22,435 nt of DNA from Candidatus Nanohaloarchaea archaeon (GCA_047617745.1 JBLGBN010000014.1:1-22435), one strand, 5' to 3'. Positions 7,056 to 14,936 are shown, counted from the first letter of the stretch. Made by a program: numbers and translations. The notes: generated by a model from the sequence alone, not told the origin.

Positions 7056-7258
7056 TGGGCTCGACGGGATTTGAACCCGCGACTACCGGCTAGCTCTGCG
7101 CAATCATGAGCGGTTAATTTTGGAAGCCATAGTTTATGGCTTGTTGCCGCATCACTTCGTGATGCTTTGAGCAGCATCCTTTAAGGAAGCTGCGGCGTCC
7201 CGTTCGAGCGTAACCACGCGTAAAAGGCCGGTGCTCTGCCAGACTGAGCTACGAGCCC
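7056..7258 (-). tRNA. tRNA-Lys(UUU) with 129-nt intron at 37/38 (intron 7092..7220)
   Basis: Acceptor GGGCTCG/CGAGCCC plus A73; anticodon stem CCGGC/GCCGG; anticodon TTT; T arm GCGGG-TTCAAAT-CCCGT. Strict BHB: CUUU/AGAG helix, UA|C and CU|A bulges, outer helix GCGUGGUUA/UGAUUGCGC. Confidence 0.95.
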
Positions 7259-7263
7259 ATTTT

Positions 7264-7485
7264 TTACTCGGTTTCCTGTTCGAATTCTCCGTACTGAATG
7301 TTTTCAACCGAGCTGTACGGAATGAATACTTTCTCCGCCTTGATTCTGTGTGCGGTTTCTTCTTCGGTCATGATGTAAGGTTCTTCTGCTTCTATTCCTC
7401 TGTCCTGTCTGGTTAGTTGATCAGTATCTTTAAGCAGAAAGTCGCCTGATTTGCTCAGGATTATGACCGAGTACTCTTCTCCCAT
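7264..7485 (-). CDS. small hypothetical protein, possibly Sm-like/beta-barrel fold
   Basis: Starts 2 nt after the rpl37e stop; VFIPYSSVENIQ resembles the Sm2/PH-type strand motif. Confidence 0.65.
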   Translation of the reverse strand: MGEEYSVIILSKSGDFLLKDTDQLTRQDRGIEAEEPYIMTEEETAHRIKAEKVFIPYSSVENIQYGEFEQETE

Positions 7486-7487
7486 TG

Positions 7488-7649
7488 TTACTGTTTCCTA
7501 GGCTTTGCCTTGTCAAAGTCGTTTCGCTTCGAGGTCTTTCCGAATCCGCATGATGCGCATTCTTTCTTTCTCAGGTGGAAAGACTTCTCTCCGCATCTCC
7601 GGCATTTGCCGTGAGATTTCTTGTTTCGTTTTCCTTTGTTTAGTCCCAT
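7488..7649 (-). CDS. rpl37e: 50S ribosomal protein L37e (absent from the ORF track, 53 aa)
   Basis: Manual translation [53 protein letters not shown], with CRRCG and CASCGF zinc-finger motifs; canonical position after lsm; SD GAGGT. Confidence 0.96.
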   Translation of the reverse strand: MGLNKGKRNKKSHGKCRRCGEKSFHLRKKECASCGFGKTSKRNDFDKAKPRKQ

Positions 7650-7664
7650 GATAATTTACCTCTA

Positions 7665-7898
7665 TTATTCAGGGCTGACAAGTATTACGTTGTCACCACG
7701 GATAATTAGTTTTCCGTAGTCTGTCTGTCCTCCGTCTTCAGTTACTGAAGCGTCTTCAAGCCACATGTTTAGGTGAAGGTCAAATGCTTTCAGGTTACCT
7801 GAAACTGTCTGTCCTCCTTTTAGTTTTGCTATTACTCTGTCACCTTTTGCAGTATCTAGTACGTCCAAAGGTCTTTTGCCACTGTCATCGTTTCCCAT
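7665..7898 (-). CDS. lsm: Sm-like archaeal protein (SmAP/Lsm)
   Basis: RPLDVL...G.LKAFDLHLNMWLEDA (Sm1) and IIRGDNVILVSP (Sm2). Confidence 0.96.
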   Translation of the reverse strand: MGNDDSGKRPLDVLDTAKGDRVIAKLKGGQTVSGNLKAFDLHLNMWLEDASVTEDGGQTDYGKLIIRGDNVILVSPE

Positions 7899-8039
7899 AA
7901 AAACTGTACACCTTGTAAACCAAAAATCTTCGACAAGTTATATAAACCTACCGCGGATTCGCTGAAGACAGGTTCTTTACCCTGTAAGACCAGCAACGTC
8001 ACAGTACTGTTTATAAAATTTCATCCACAGCCAAGTAAT

Positions 8040-8417
8040 ATGGCAATCTGGCACAAACAGTCTGGAAGAAAGAAAACTGGTGGAAGAACCAGGAGAAACA
8101 GGAAATCCAAGAAACATGAACTAGGTTCAGAGTTTTCAGAACCTGAGAAAGGGGAGAAAAGAATAGAGAAGAAAAGGACTAGAGGCGGCAACCACAAGAA
8201 TGTCGTCAGTAGAGCCGAAGAGATCAACGTCGCAGTAGAAGGCGAGGTAAAGAACGCTGAGATTGAATCGGTTGAAGACAACCCGGCTAACCCTAACTTT
8301 GTACGGAGATCCCTTCTAACCAAAGGAGCTGTAGTTCAGACATCAGAGGGCAAGGCAAGAATCACTTCCAGGCCTGGACAGGATGGAATGATTAACGGAG
8401 AAATTATTGACGAATAG
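8040..8417 (+). CDS. rps8e: 30S ribosomal protein S8e
   Basis: RKKTGGR, RTRGGN, NPANPNFVRRSLLTKGAVV, ARITSRPGQDG motifs; leaderless TTTATAAA at about 8010. Confidence 0.97.
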   Translation: MAIWHKQSGRKKTGGRTRRNRKSKKHELGSEFSEPEKGEKRIEKKRTRGGNHKNVVSRAEEINVAVEGEVKNAEIESVEDNPANPNFVRRSLLTKGAVVQTSEGKARITSRPGQDGMINGEIIDE

Positions 8418-8568
8418 GTTCTCTGATTTTTTCTCATTACCTATTTTTCTCTATAGTTTATCTTATCTCTGAAGGAATATTTTCTGTAAAGAAGAGCGTG
8501 TACTAGTTTTCAAATTAAATAAAAATAGGAGAATAAGTTGCAGGTTCCAGATTTCTTGCCTCTGGTGC

Positions 8569-8676
8569 CTAAAATACGTTTCTGATCCTGCTTACCGTAC
8601 GGGAGACAAATCCTCCCTCGTTGAACTGCACCGGAATCTGGTTGCCGGTTTCGTCCGCGAAATCGGTTCGCATCAT
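8569..8676 (-). CDS. putative 35-aa leaderless microprotein (MMRTDFADETGNQIPVQFNEGGFVSRTVSRIRNVF)
   Basis: TTATATAAAG at 8697-8706 lies about 26 nt before ATG 8676; open frame to TAG 8569; followed by a hairpin and T-rich tract. Confidence 0.55.
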   Translation of the reverse strand: MMRTDFADETGNQIPVQFNEGGFVSRTVSRIRNVF

Positions 8677-8755
8677 GTTATAATAACCCTCCTAACCTTT
8701 ATATAATCAGTGCTGGAAAACCTGTCTAATCGTTCAGTACTGTTAATAACAGTTT

Positions 8756-8932
8756 TTAAGCGCGTTTCAGGGCTTTCTGTTCGACGGTTTTGGAACGGTT
8801 GATCTGCCTGATGACGGATTCAGCGGTGTTCTCAATCTCTTTCTCAATAAAGAGAGCCTCTTTCATGGCTTTTCGCTCTTTTTCAGGCAGGTACTCCAGA
8901 TGGTCTTCGTAGGTGCGGTGGTTTGCTGACAT
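8756..8932 (-). CDS. small hypothetical protein (58 aa)
   Basis: ATG 8932 is about 26 nt after TTTATAAA (8956-8963); helical, charged sequence. Confidence 0.6.
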   Translation of the reverse strand: MSANHRTYEDHLEYLPEKERKAMKEALFIEKEIENTAESVIRQINRSKTVEQKALKRA

Positions 8933-8997
8933 ATCCTTCAATTCGACGAACTTGGTTTATAAACAAACGAGCAGTTTACCGGTAGTGCCGGTAGAAC

Positions 8998-10017
8998 CTA
9001 GCTCTGGATCATGTACTTTCTCCACCGTCCCTCACCCTCCGAGTCGATCAACCGGTAGTGATCCATCTTTGAAAGGTATTTCCTCAGTGTCCGCTTGACC
9101 TTGGGCTCTTCTACCTCTTCTTCATACTGCTCGTATAGCTCTCCCGGCTTGATTTCTCCCTCTTCCTCGATTATATCGTAGAGAACGCGCTGATGCTTGT
9201 TGAGCTTCTCCTTCGATTTGGATTTGTTCTCCTCCTCTGCCTCGGGGATGGATTCATCTATAACGTCTTCTGGTATTTCCTCCAGGTCATCTTTCTCCGC
9301 TTCCTCAGCTGCTATTCTCAGCGAGTTTATGGCTATTCTTGCATCCCCTCGGGCCCTGACTGCGATCCTCCTCAATCCGTTATTGTCGATCGCTTCATTT
9401 CTCAAACCCCATTCCCGTCTATCTTCCAGTATATCAACCAGTTCGTCTTTGGAATACTTAGGGAAATGTATATCCTTGGAGCCTTCCAGTGATGACCTGA
9501 TTCTCTCGTCGACATCGTATAGAGCGGTCTCCTTGTTTGCCAGCATTATCAGGGCTACATCTTCCATCCGGGCGAAGTCGTAGAGTATTCGTTCCTCCTC
9601 TATCTGGTCTACCTCGTCGAGTATAACTATTGTGGGTCTTTTGCGGGCTTTGGACTGGAACTTGTCCACCAGTTCGTCTGTCGGAGTTCCGGTTCTATGG
9701 ATCAGGTTAACTCCGAGATCCTGCAGAATGTTGTAGTATACTTTGAATCTTGAAGGGTATTTCCAGCAGTTGACGCTGCCTGAAACCACCTCGGAAGAGT
9801 ATTTCTGCATCTCGTCTACTACATAGTTTGCCATTGTTGTTTTACCGGTTCCTGGAGGACCATACAAAAGCATGTTCCGCGGGTTCTTCCCCTCGAGCAT
9901 CGGTTCCAGGTTTCTCTTGATCTCTCTTATCTGCGGGTCTCGGTGGACCATCCGGTTAGGCAGGTAGTCTGCTTTCAGTACTCTTGCGTCCTCGATAATA
10001 GTGTTGGGCCGCCGCAT
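8998..10017 (-). CDS. cdc6: Orc1/Cdc6 family replication initiator (short form)
   Basis: IEDARVLKADYLP...HRD N-terminus, Walker A GPPGTGKT, VNCW, Walker B VILDEVD, GDARIAI sensor-2 and a C-terminal winged helix. Confidence 0.93.
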   Translation of the reverse strand: MRRPNTIIEDARVLKADYLPNRMVHRDPQIREIKRNLEPMLEGKNPRNMLLYGPPGTGKTTMANYVVDEMQKYSSEVVSGSVNCWKYPSRFKVYYNILQDLGVNLIHRTGTPTDELVDKFQSKARKRPTIVILDEVDQIEEERILYDFARMEDVALIMLANKETALYDVDERIRSSLEGSKDIHFPKYSKDELVDILEDRREWGLRNEAIDNNGLRRIAVRARGDARIAINSLRIAAEEAEKDDLEEIPEDVIDESIPEAEEENKSKSKEKLNKHQRVLYDIIEEEGEIKPGELYEQYEEEVEEPKVKRTLRKYLSKMDHYRLIDSEGEGRWRKYMIQS

Positions 10018-10208
10018 AGTCTTATGGAATAACAGTCGTTCCGCTACCTTAAAAGAGGAAACCTCGGCGTTCCGATAGTGCCGTTAAACATATTGCTCTT
10101 CTGTATTATAGAAAGAGGGATATATGTTTATTTGGACTAATTTTGTATTACATAGAATAACTGTGTAATACATTATAGAAGATTATACTGTTATATAGAG
10201 ATAACGTA
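10018..10208. promoter_or_regulatory. cdc6 upstream region: repeats plus AT-rich tract, candidate replication origin or autoregulatory region
   Basis: CGTTCCGNTA at 10037-10046 and 10068-10077; very AT-rich 10086-10208 with inverted repeat 10144-10155/10161-10172. Confidence 0.4.
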
Positions 10209-11297
10209 TTACGCTAGATGCCTTAGGTTCAGTTCAAGAACATCCTCATCCATCAGCTCATGATCTTTCCCGACTTTCTGATCAGGGAATTTGGAGCTCG
10301 GACCGGTGACTTTCGCCTTCTTGAACCGCTCCTTCATATCACCCGGCAACTCATCCAGTGCATCGTCAACGGTGTCTCCTTCTCTAAGAATCAGGGGGTC
10401 TTCCTTGTCTGCTTCCTCACCTTTCTCCTTCATGTAAACCCTTACAAGCCCCAGTCTATCGAAAATCAGGTCCTTAAGTTCGTCAAGGTTATTACCTTCA
10501 TCTGCAGATATCAGTAGATCGTACTCCTCCTCGTACTCTTTTCTGGTTTCCGGACCAAGCATATCTGCTTTGTTGACTGTAGTTATAGCAGGCAGGTATT
10601 TCCTGTTGCTCATCAATCCATCGATAAACCGATCCAGATCGATCTTCTCTCTTATTGTAAGTCCGGCGTTTGTGTAACCTCTCTGTTTCATCAGCTGTTT
10701 GAGGGTTTCCTCTTCAATATCAAGATCGACTGTCGAGGAGATTTTAATCCCGCCTTTTCCTCTCTTCTCGACCTTCATATCTGGCGGCGAGGTGTTTGTT
10801 CTGATCCCGACATTGTAGACTTCCTGCTTGATTTCCTCCTCTCTCATTTCTTCCGGGTCGAGCATGAAAAGTATGAGATCTGCGTTCCTGACGACCGATA
10901 GGACCTGTGAGCCTCCTCCGCGGCCGTCAGCTGCTCCGCCGATAAGCCCTGGAACATCCAGTATCTGTATGTTTGCACCTTTATGCTTCAGCATTCCAGG
11001 CTCCACGTCAAGTGTTGTGAACTCATAGTGTCCGGTCTCTGAATCTGCATTTGTTAGTTTGTTTAGAAGTGTGGATTTGCCGACCGATGGGAATCCTACA
11101 AGAGCTACTGTTGCGTCACCTTTTTTCTCGACCGCGTAACCTGAGGTGTCGCCAGTTCCTTTCTGTTTCTTCTGTTTTTCTTCCTTTAACTCGGCGATCT
11201 GACCTTTAAGCCTACCTCGCTCCTTCTCGGTGGCTTTGTTTACCGGTGTCTTCTGCAGTTTCTCTTCCAGTTCCTGTATACGGTCATCTATTCCCAT
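10209..11297 (-). CDS. DRG/Rbg family OBG GTPase with TGS domain
   Basis: GFPSVGKS, YEFTTL, DVPGLI.GA..GRG.G, NKAD and C-terminal TGS (VRVYMKE...QKVGKDHELMDEDVL). Start at MGIDDRI. Confidence 0.95.
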   Translation of the reverse strand: MGIDDRIQELEEKLQKTPVNKATEKERGRLKGQIAELKEEKQKKQKGTGDTSGYAVEKKGDATVALVGFPSVGKSTLLNKLTNADSETGHYEFTTLDVEPGMLKHKGANIQILDVPGLIGGAADGRGGGSQVLSVVRNADLILFMLDPEEMREEEIKQEVYNVGIRTNTSPPDMKVEKRGKGGIKISSTVDLDIEEETLKQLMKQRGYTNAGLTIREKIDLDRFIDGLMSNRKYLPAITTVNKADMLGPETRKEYEEEYDLLISADEGNNLDELKDLIFDRLGLVRVYMKEKGEEADKEDPLILREGDTVDDALDELPGDMKERFKKAKVTGPSSKFPDQKVGKDHELMDEDVLELNLRHLA

Positions 11298-11377
11298 CTC
11301 TTTACAAGCAAGTTCTGGCAGGAAATTTTTAATCCTGATCAACAGATTGCTGAATTTATTACAAATGAATTCTTCGC

Positions 11378-12172
11378 TCAGTCGTTTAAGACAGGTTCTT
11401 TTCGCATTATCTCTCCGATCTTCTCTGCTTCCTCTTCTGTTAATGCTCCCGAGACTCCGTTCCCGAAGCTGTAGATCCGGATATCAAGGTTTAATGGCTT
11501 CAGCAGACTATCATTTATCTGTTTCATCTGATAGTCTGCCGGTAGGTATCTAGATACTTTAATCTTATTCTCTTCATCCACAACGATTCTGTGACTTGGG
11601 ACCTCGTCTTTCGATTTCGTAATCTCCTTGATATTGACTTCCTCCAGTATGTCGGTGTCTGTCTTTTCTGAGAGTTGTTCGAGGAACCTCCTTATGTTTT
11701 TCTCATTCGCTGAAAGTCCAATTTCTTCCATACGGGGAGGGAATTCTTTTCCCAGCTCTTTCATCATGCTACCGCCTATCTTTCCGGGTTCAAAACGTTC
11801 TTCTACGTCTACTTCTGCTGCCTCGCTGATTCCTTCGTCCTCCAGTCTGTTGTAGAAAAGTTCTGCAATTCTTTCTTGATTTAGGTCAGGAGTGGTATAT
11901 ATCATATCTAGGTACTTCTGTTTCTCTCCTAGAGCTCCTTTCGTAACTAGATAGCCATTTTCCAGCCAATAGTCATCGGCGTTCTTCAAAATATGGGTTC
12001 TGTACAGCATGTAAATGCCTTTCCCGATCTTGATTATCGCATAAAGTGTAACTGTTAGGACTGCTAGACCTAGGCCGGCAATTAGGAGAAATGCGAGGGC
12101 TTGAGGGAAAAAGAGTAGGATCCGCAACAGAATTATAAAGAGGATTGCTACCACTACGGTTCTTCTATTCAT
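11378..12172 (-). CDS. membrane-anchored hypothetical protein
   Basis: Two N-terminal hydrophobic segments followed by an acidic soluble domain. Confidence 0.7.
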   Translation of the reverse strand: MNRRTVVVAILFIILLRILLFFPQALAFLLIAGLGLAVLTVTLYAIIKIGKGIYMLYRTHILKNADDYWLENGYLVTKGALGEKQKYLDMIYTTPDLNQERIAELFYNRLEDEGISEAAEVDVEERFEPGKIGGSMMKELGKEFPPRMEEIGLSANEKNIRRFLEQLSEKTDTDILEEVNIKEITKSKDEVPSHRIVVDEENKIKVSRYLPADYQMKQINDSLLKPLNLDIRIYSFGNGVSGALTEEEAEKIGEIMRKEPVLND

Positions 12173-12222
12173 TGAAGAGATAGAAATAGAGAAGGTAATA
12201 TATGGTGGTTTTCTTTTGGAGG

Positions 12223-12522
12223 TTACTCTTCTACCTGTTCGATGTCTCCGTCTCTGCCGATGTTGAGCTGGATGTCGTCAGCCCATTCTCGTACGTAGGC
12301 TCCTGTGATGTGAACTGTGGCGCCTTCTTCGATTGCGTCGATTTCTTCTTCCCAGAGTGTTAGATCGATGCTTCCTGTCTCGTCTTCAAATGTTACTGTG
12401 GTGATCTTCTTCTGGCCGTACTTTGTTGTGACGGCTCTTGGGGTTGGCAGTTCGGTGATTTCGCCTTTGATTTCGACTTCGTCTGCTTCGGGTGTAAGTT
12501 CCTCAACTGTCATTTCGGTCAT
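12223..12522 (-). CDS. ssb: single OB-fold ssDNA-binding protein
   Basis: FEDETGSIDLTLWEEE...EGATVHITGAYVREW...LNIGRDG matches single-OB archaeal SSB/RPA. Confidence 0.88.
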   Translation of the reverse strand: MTEMTVEELTPEADEVEIKGEITELPTPRAVTTKYGQKKITTVTFEDETGSIDLTLWEEEIDAIEEGATVHITGAYVREWADDIQLNIGRDGDIEQVEE

Positions 12523-12582
12523 AAATTAATCCCACAGTCCTCAAATTGGCTAGTATCTTTAAAACTATTTCTGTTATCCGGC

Positions 12583-13509
12583 ATGTTTAAACCCCTGAAA
12601 CCACTATTTGAACCCGTGAAACTGCCCTGGAAACTCAAAGACGATCTAGAGCAAAAAGAAGAGAAAATAGAACAGCTGGAAGAAAAGATCAAGGAACTTG
12701 AGGAAGAGAAAGACAGCTGGAAGGAGAGGTTTGAGGCAGAAAAGGAGAGGCGCTCGAAGCTATCCACGAAAAAACAGGAGGCCGAAGAGGATAGAAACAG
12801 GCTGAAAGAGAAGCTGCAAGGCGAAGCCAAAAGTGAAGATAAAGCAGAGGAAGAGGAGAAGTCTTCAGAGTTCGAAAACCTGAGCTTTGAGGAAGCCCAG
12901 AACACGCTTCAGAAAATCGGTTCCATAAGCTCAGGAGAGGAAGATCTGGTAACTGTCTACAGTCCTGAAAAAATGGAAGATATCTCTAACCTCAGAGAGC
13001 TGAAGAACTCGATCCCGAAAGAGCAGTACTCTCAGCTTCAGGATATCGAGTCGTTTGTGGCCTTCTACGACCCGGTTCTCGGAGTTTTCGTCCTTAGGAT
13101 GAACCCGTTCTTCCCGGATAAGGTTTCTGTAGAGAAGAGCTTTGAAGTCGGTGAGATCCTGGATTTCATAGAGAAGGAAAAGTACTGGTGCGTGGTCTCA
13201 GCTGGTGAAACAGAGATATTCAGAGAACAAAATGGCGAGTTTGAACAGGTAGAAAGGATCAAAAACCGCGTTGACCGGGAACACTCCAAGGGCGGGTTTT
13301 CCCAGGGAAGGTTCGAGAGGAAAAGGGAGGAGCAGATCGATCAGCACGTGGAGCAGGTCAGTGAAGTCCTTGAAGAATACTCTGATATATACTTGATCGG
13401 CGATAGAAAGCTCTGTAAAAAGCTTGATGGAAAGTACCTTGGAGGATTCGATCCCAACAGAAAAAAACCGGAGCAGTTCTATGGCTTCAGGTTCCGGACA
13501 TTCTTTTAA
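12583..13509 (+). CDS. coiled-coil plus Vms1/ANKZF1-like (acVLRF1) release-factor-fold protein
   Basis: HSKGGFSQGRFERKREEQIDQH motif and N-terminal coiled coil. Start may be GTG 12616, since TTTAAA at 12586 is about 27 nt upstream of it. Confidence 0.85.
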   Translation: MFKPLKPLFEPVKLPWKLKDDLEQKEEKIEQLEEKIKELEEEKDSWKERFEAEKERRSKLSTKKQEAEEDRNRLKEKLQGEAKSEDKAEEEEKSSEFENLSFEEAQNTLQKIGSISSGEEDLVTVYSPEKMEDISNLRELKNSIPKEQYSQLQDIESFVAFYDPVLGVFVLRMNPFFPDKVSVEKSFEVGEILDFIEKEKYWCVVSAGETEIFREQNGEFEQVERIKNRVDREHSKGGFSQGRFERKREEQIDQHVEQVSEVLEEYSDIYLIGDRKLCKKLDGKYLGGFDPNRKKPEQFYGFRFRTFF

Positions 13510-13532
13510 CTTCTCATCTCAATTCCAAAATT

Positions 13533-14180
13533 ATGGATGAAGAAGAGAAAATCAAGGTGATCTACCAGGAACTCCTGGAAAAATACGGCGAACCAGAAGA
13601 ACCTGACGGAATGTCGGGCATCGATTACCTGATCGAGACAATTCTCTCCCAGAATACTAACGATATAAACAGAGACAAAGCCTTCAGAAACCTGAAGGAT
13701 AAGTACGGAGGCGACTACAAGGCTATCGAGAACGCTGACAGAGAGGAGCTTATCGAAACTATAAGAATTGCAGGACTTGGCCCTACCAAGGCAGAACGAA
13801 TCCAGGAAGCACTGAGAATCGTTAGAGAAGATCAAGGCGAGTACAGCATCGAATTTCTTGAAGATATGAGTGTGGATGAGGCCAAGAGATGGCTGACCGA
13901 TATCCCTGGAATCGGGCCGAAGACTGCCTCGGTAATACTCTGCTTCCACTTCGGCATGGCGACTTTCCCTGTCGATACACACGTACACAGGTTGTCCAAG
14001 AGACTGGGTCTAGTACCAGAAAATGCCTCCAGGACCAAGACGCATGAAATTATGGAGGAGAAGGTTCCCAACGAGATCAAGTATCCGTTCCATATTCTCC
14101 TGATAACACATGGTAGAAACGGATGCACCGCTCACGATGAGAGCTGTGAAGTATGTGAAAAGTATAGTGAGATTGATTAA
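13533..14180 (+). CDS. nth: endonuclease III / HhH-GPD DNA glycosylase
   Basis: ILSQNTND, LTDIPGIGPKTA HhH with catalytic Lys, FPVDTHVHR with catalytic Asp. Confidence 0.92.
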   Translation: MDEEEKIKVIYQELLEKYGEPEEPDGMSGIDYLIETILSQNTNDINRDKAFRNLKDKYGGDYKAIENADREELIETIRIAGLGPTKAERIQEALRIVREDQGEYSIEFLEDMSVDEAKRWLTDIPGIGPKTASVILCFHFGMATFPVDTHVHRLSKRLGLVPENASRTKTHEIMEEKVPNEIKYPFHILLITHGRNGCTAHDESCEVCEKYSEID

Positions 14181-14212
14181 ATTTAACTTATTTGTTTTAC
14201 AATAATTGTTTG

Positions 14213-14650
14213 ATGATTGATAAAAGAAGCATATTCTCTCTTGTTATCGGGCTTCTAATTTTGGCGGCTTATTTCTTTAATCGACTTGGATTTTCTATGT
14301 TTACAGATATTGTGGTTTTATACGTTGCTGCTGTCTCGGTAGTTGTTCTTTTTCTGTATTTGGTATTTATCTCCTTTGATATCATTTCTATACTGTTTTC
14401 GGAAGAAAAAACAGTCTCTCGCGAATATGCAAATAATATTGTTACTGGTATAACAGCAGGTCTTATTGTATCGGTCCTTAATAGCCTCAATGTGGGGACA
14501 ATTTGGTCGCCGTCATACTGGTTTGAGATATTGGTTGGAACAGCTGTTATACTGCCTCTTTTAGCCATTATGATGGTTTTTTACATGATTATGCATGAAG
14601 AAACAGATTACAGCTTCCAAAGGATATGGAAAAAGTATAGAGAAAAATAA
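14213..14650 (+). CDS. AT-rich four-TM membrane protein
   Basis: About four hydrophobic segments; markedly AT-richer than neighbours and not acidic. Confidence 0.7.
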   Translation: MIDKRSIFSLVIGLLILAAYFFNRLGFSMFTDIVVLYVAAVSVVVLFLYLVFISFDIISILFSEEKTVSREYANNIVTGITAGLIVSVLNSLNVGTIWSPSYWFEILVGTAVILPLLAIMMVFYMIMHEETDYSFQRIWKKYREK

Positions 14651-14694
14651 GTTGCTGGAACCTCTCGGTTCCACTTTTTTGTGAGCAGATCTTT

Positions 14695-14928
14695 TTACTC
14701 GTCTTCTAGTTCGTCCTGAAGGTCTTCTGGGACTCCGCCTTCAGCCTGCTGTTCCTGCATCTCTTCAACGATCTCCTGTGCTTTCTCGTTGATCTCTTCC
14801 TGGTCTACGATTCCTTCTTCCTGTAGAACGGATAGAAGTGCGTGTACTGTGATTTCTACGTTTCCGAGTTTCTGCTGCATTACCTGCATGATCTGCTGTG
14901 CGTCCATCTGCTGTGGCTGTTCTGTCAT
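14695..14928 (-). CDS. small Gln/Glu-rich helical protein
   Basis: SD AGGTG about 9 nt before the ATG; ALLSVLQEEGIVDQEEI helix-hairpin motif. Confidence 0.75.
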   Translation of the reverse strand: MTEQPQQMDAQQIMQVMQQKLGNVEITVHALLSVLQEEGIVDQEEINEKAQEIVEEMQEQQAEGGVPEDLQDELEDE

Positions 14929-14936
14929 TGTAATTT

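Noticed and set aside
7092..7220. C/D-box guide RNA in the Lys intron
   Set aside because: GUGAUGC and AUGAUUG resemble C boxes but are buried in helices, and there is no CUGA D box.
8418..8700. SRP RNA, 5S rRNA or RNase P RNA next to rps8e
   Set aside because: The GC-balanced part is too short, and no convincing SRP helix-8 or RNase P P4 motif was found. A leaderless ORF explains it better.
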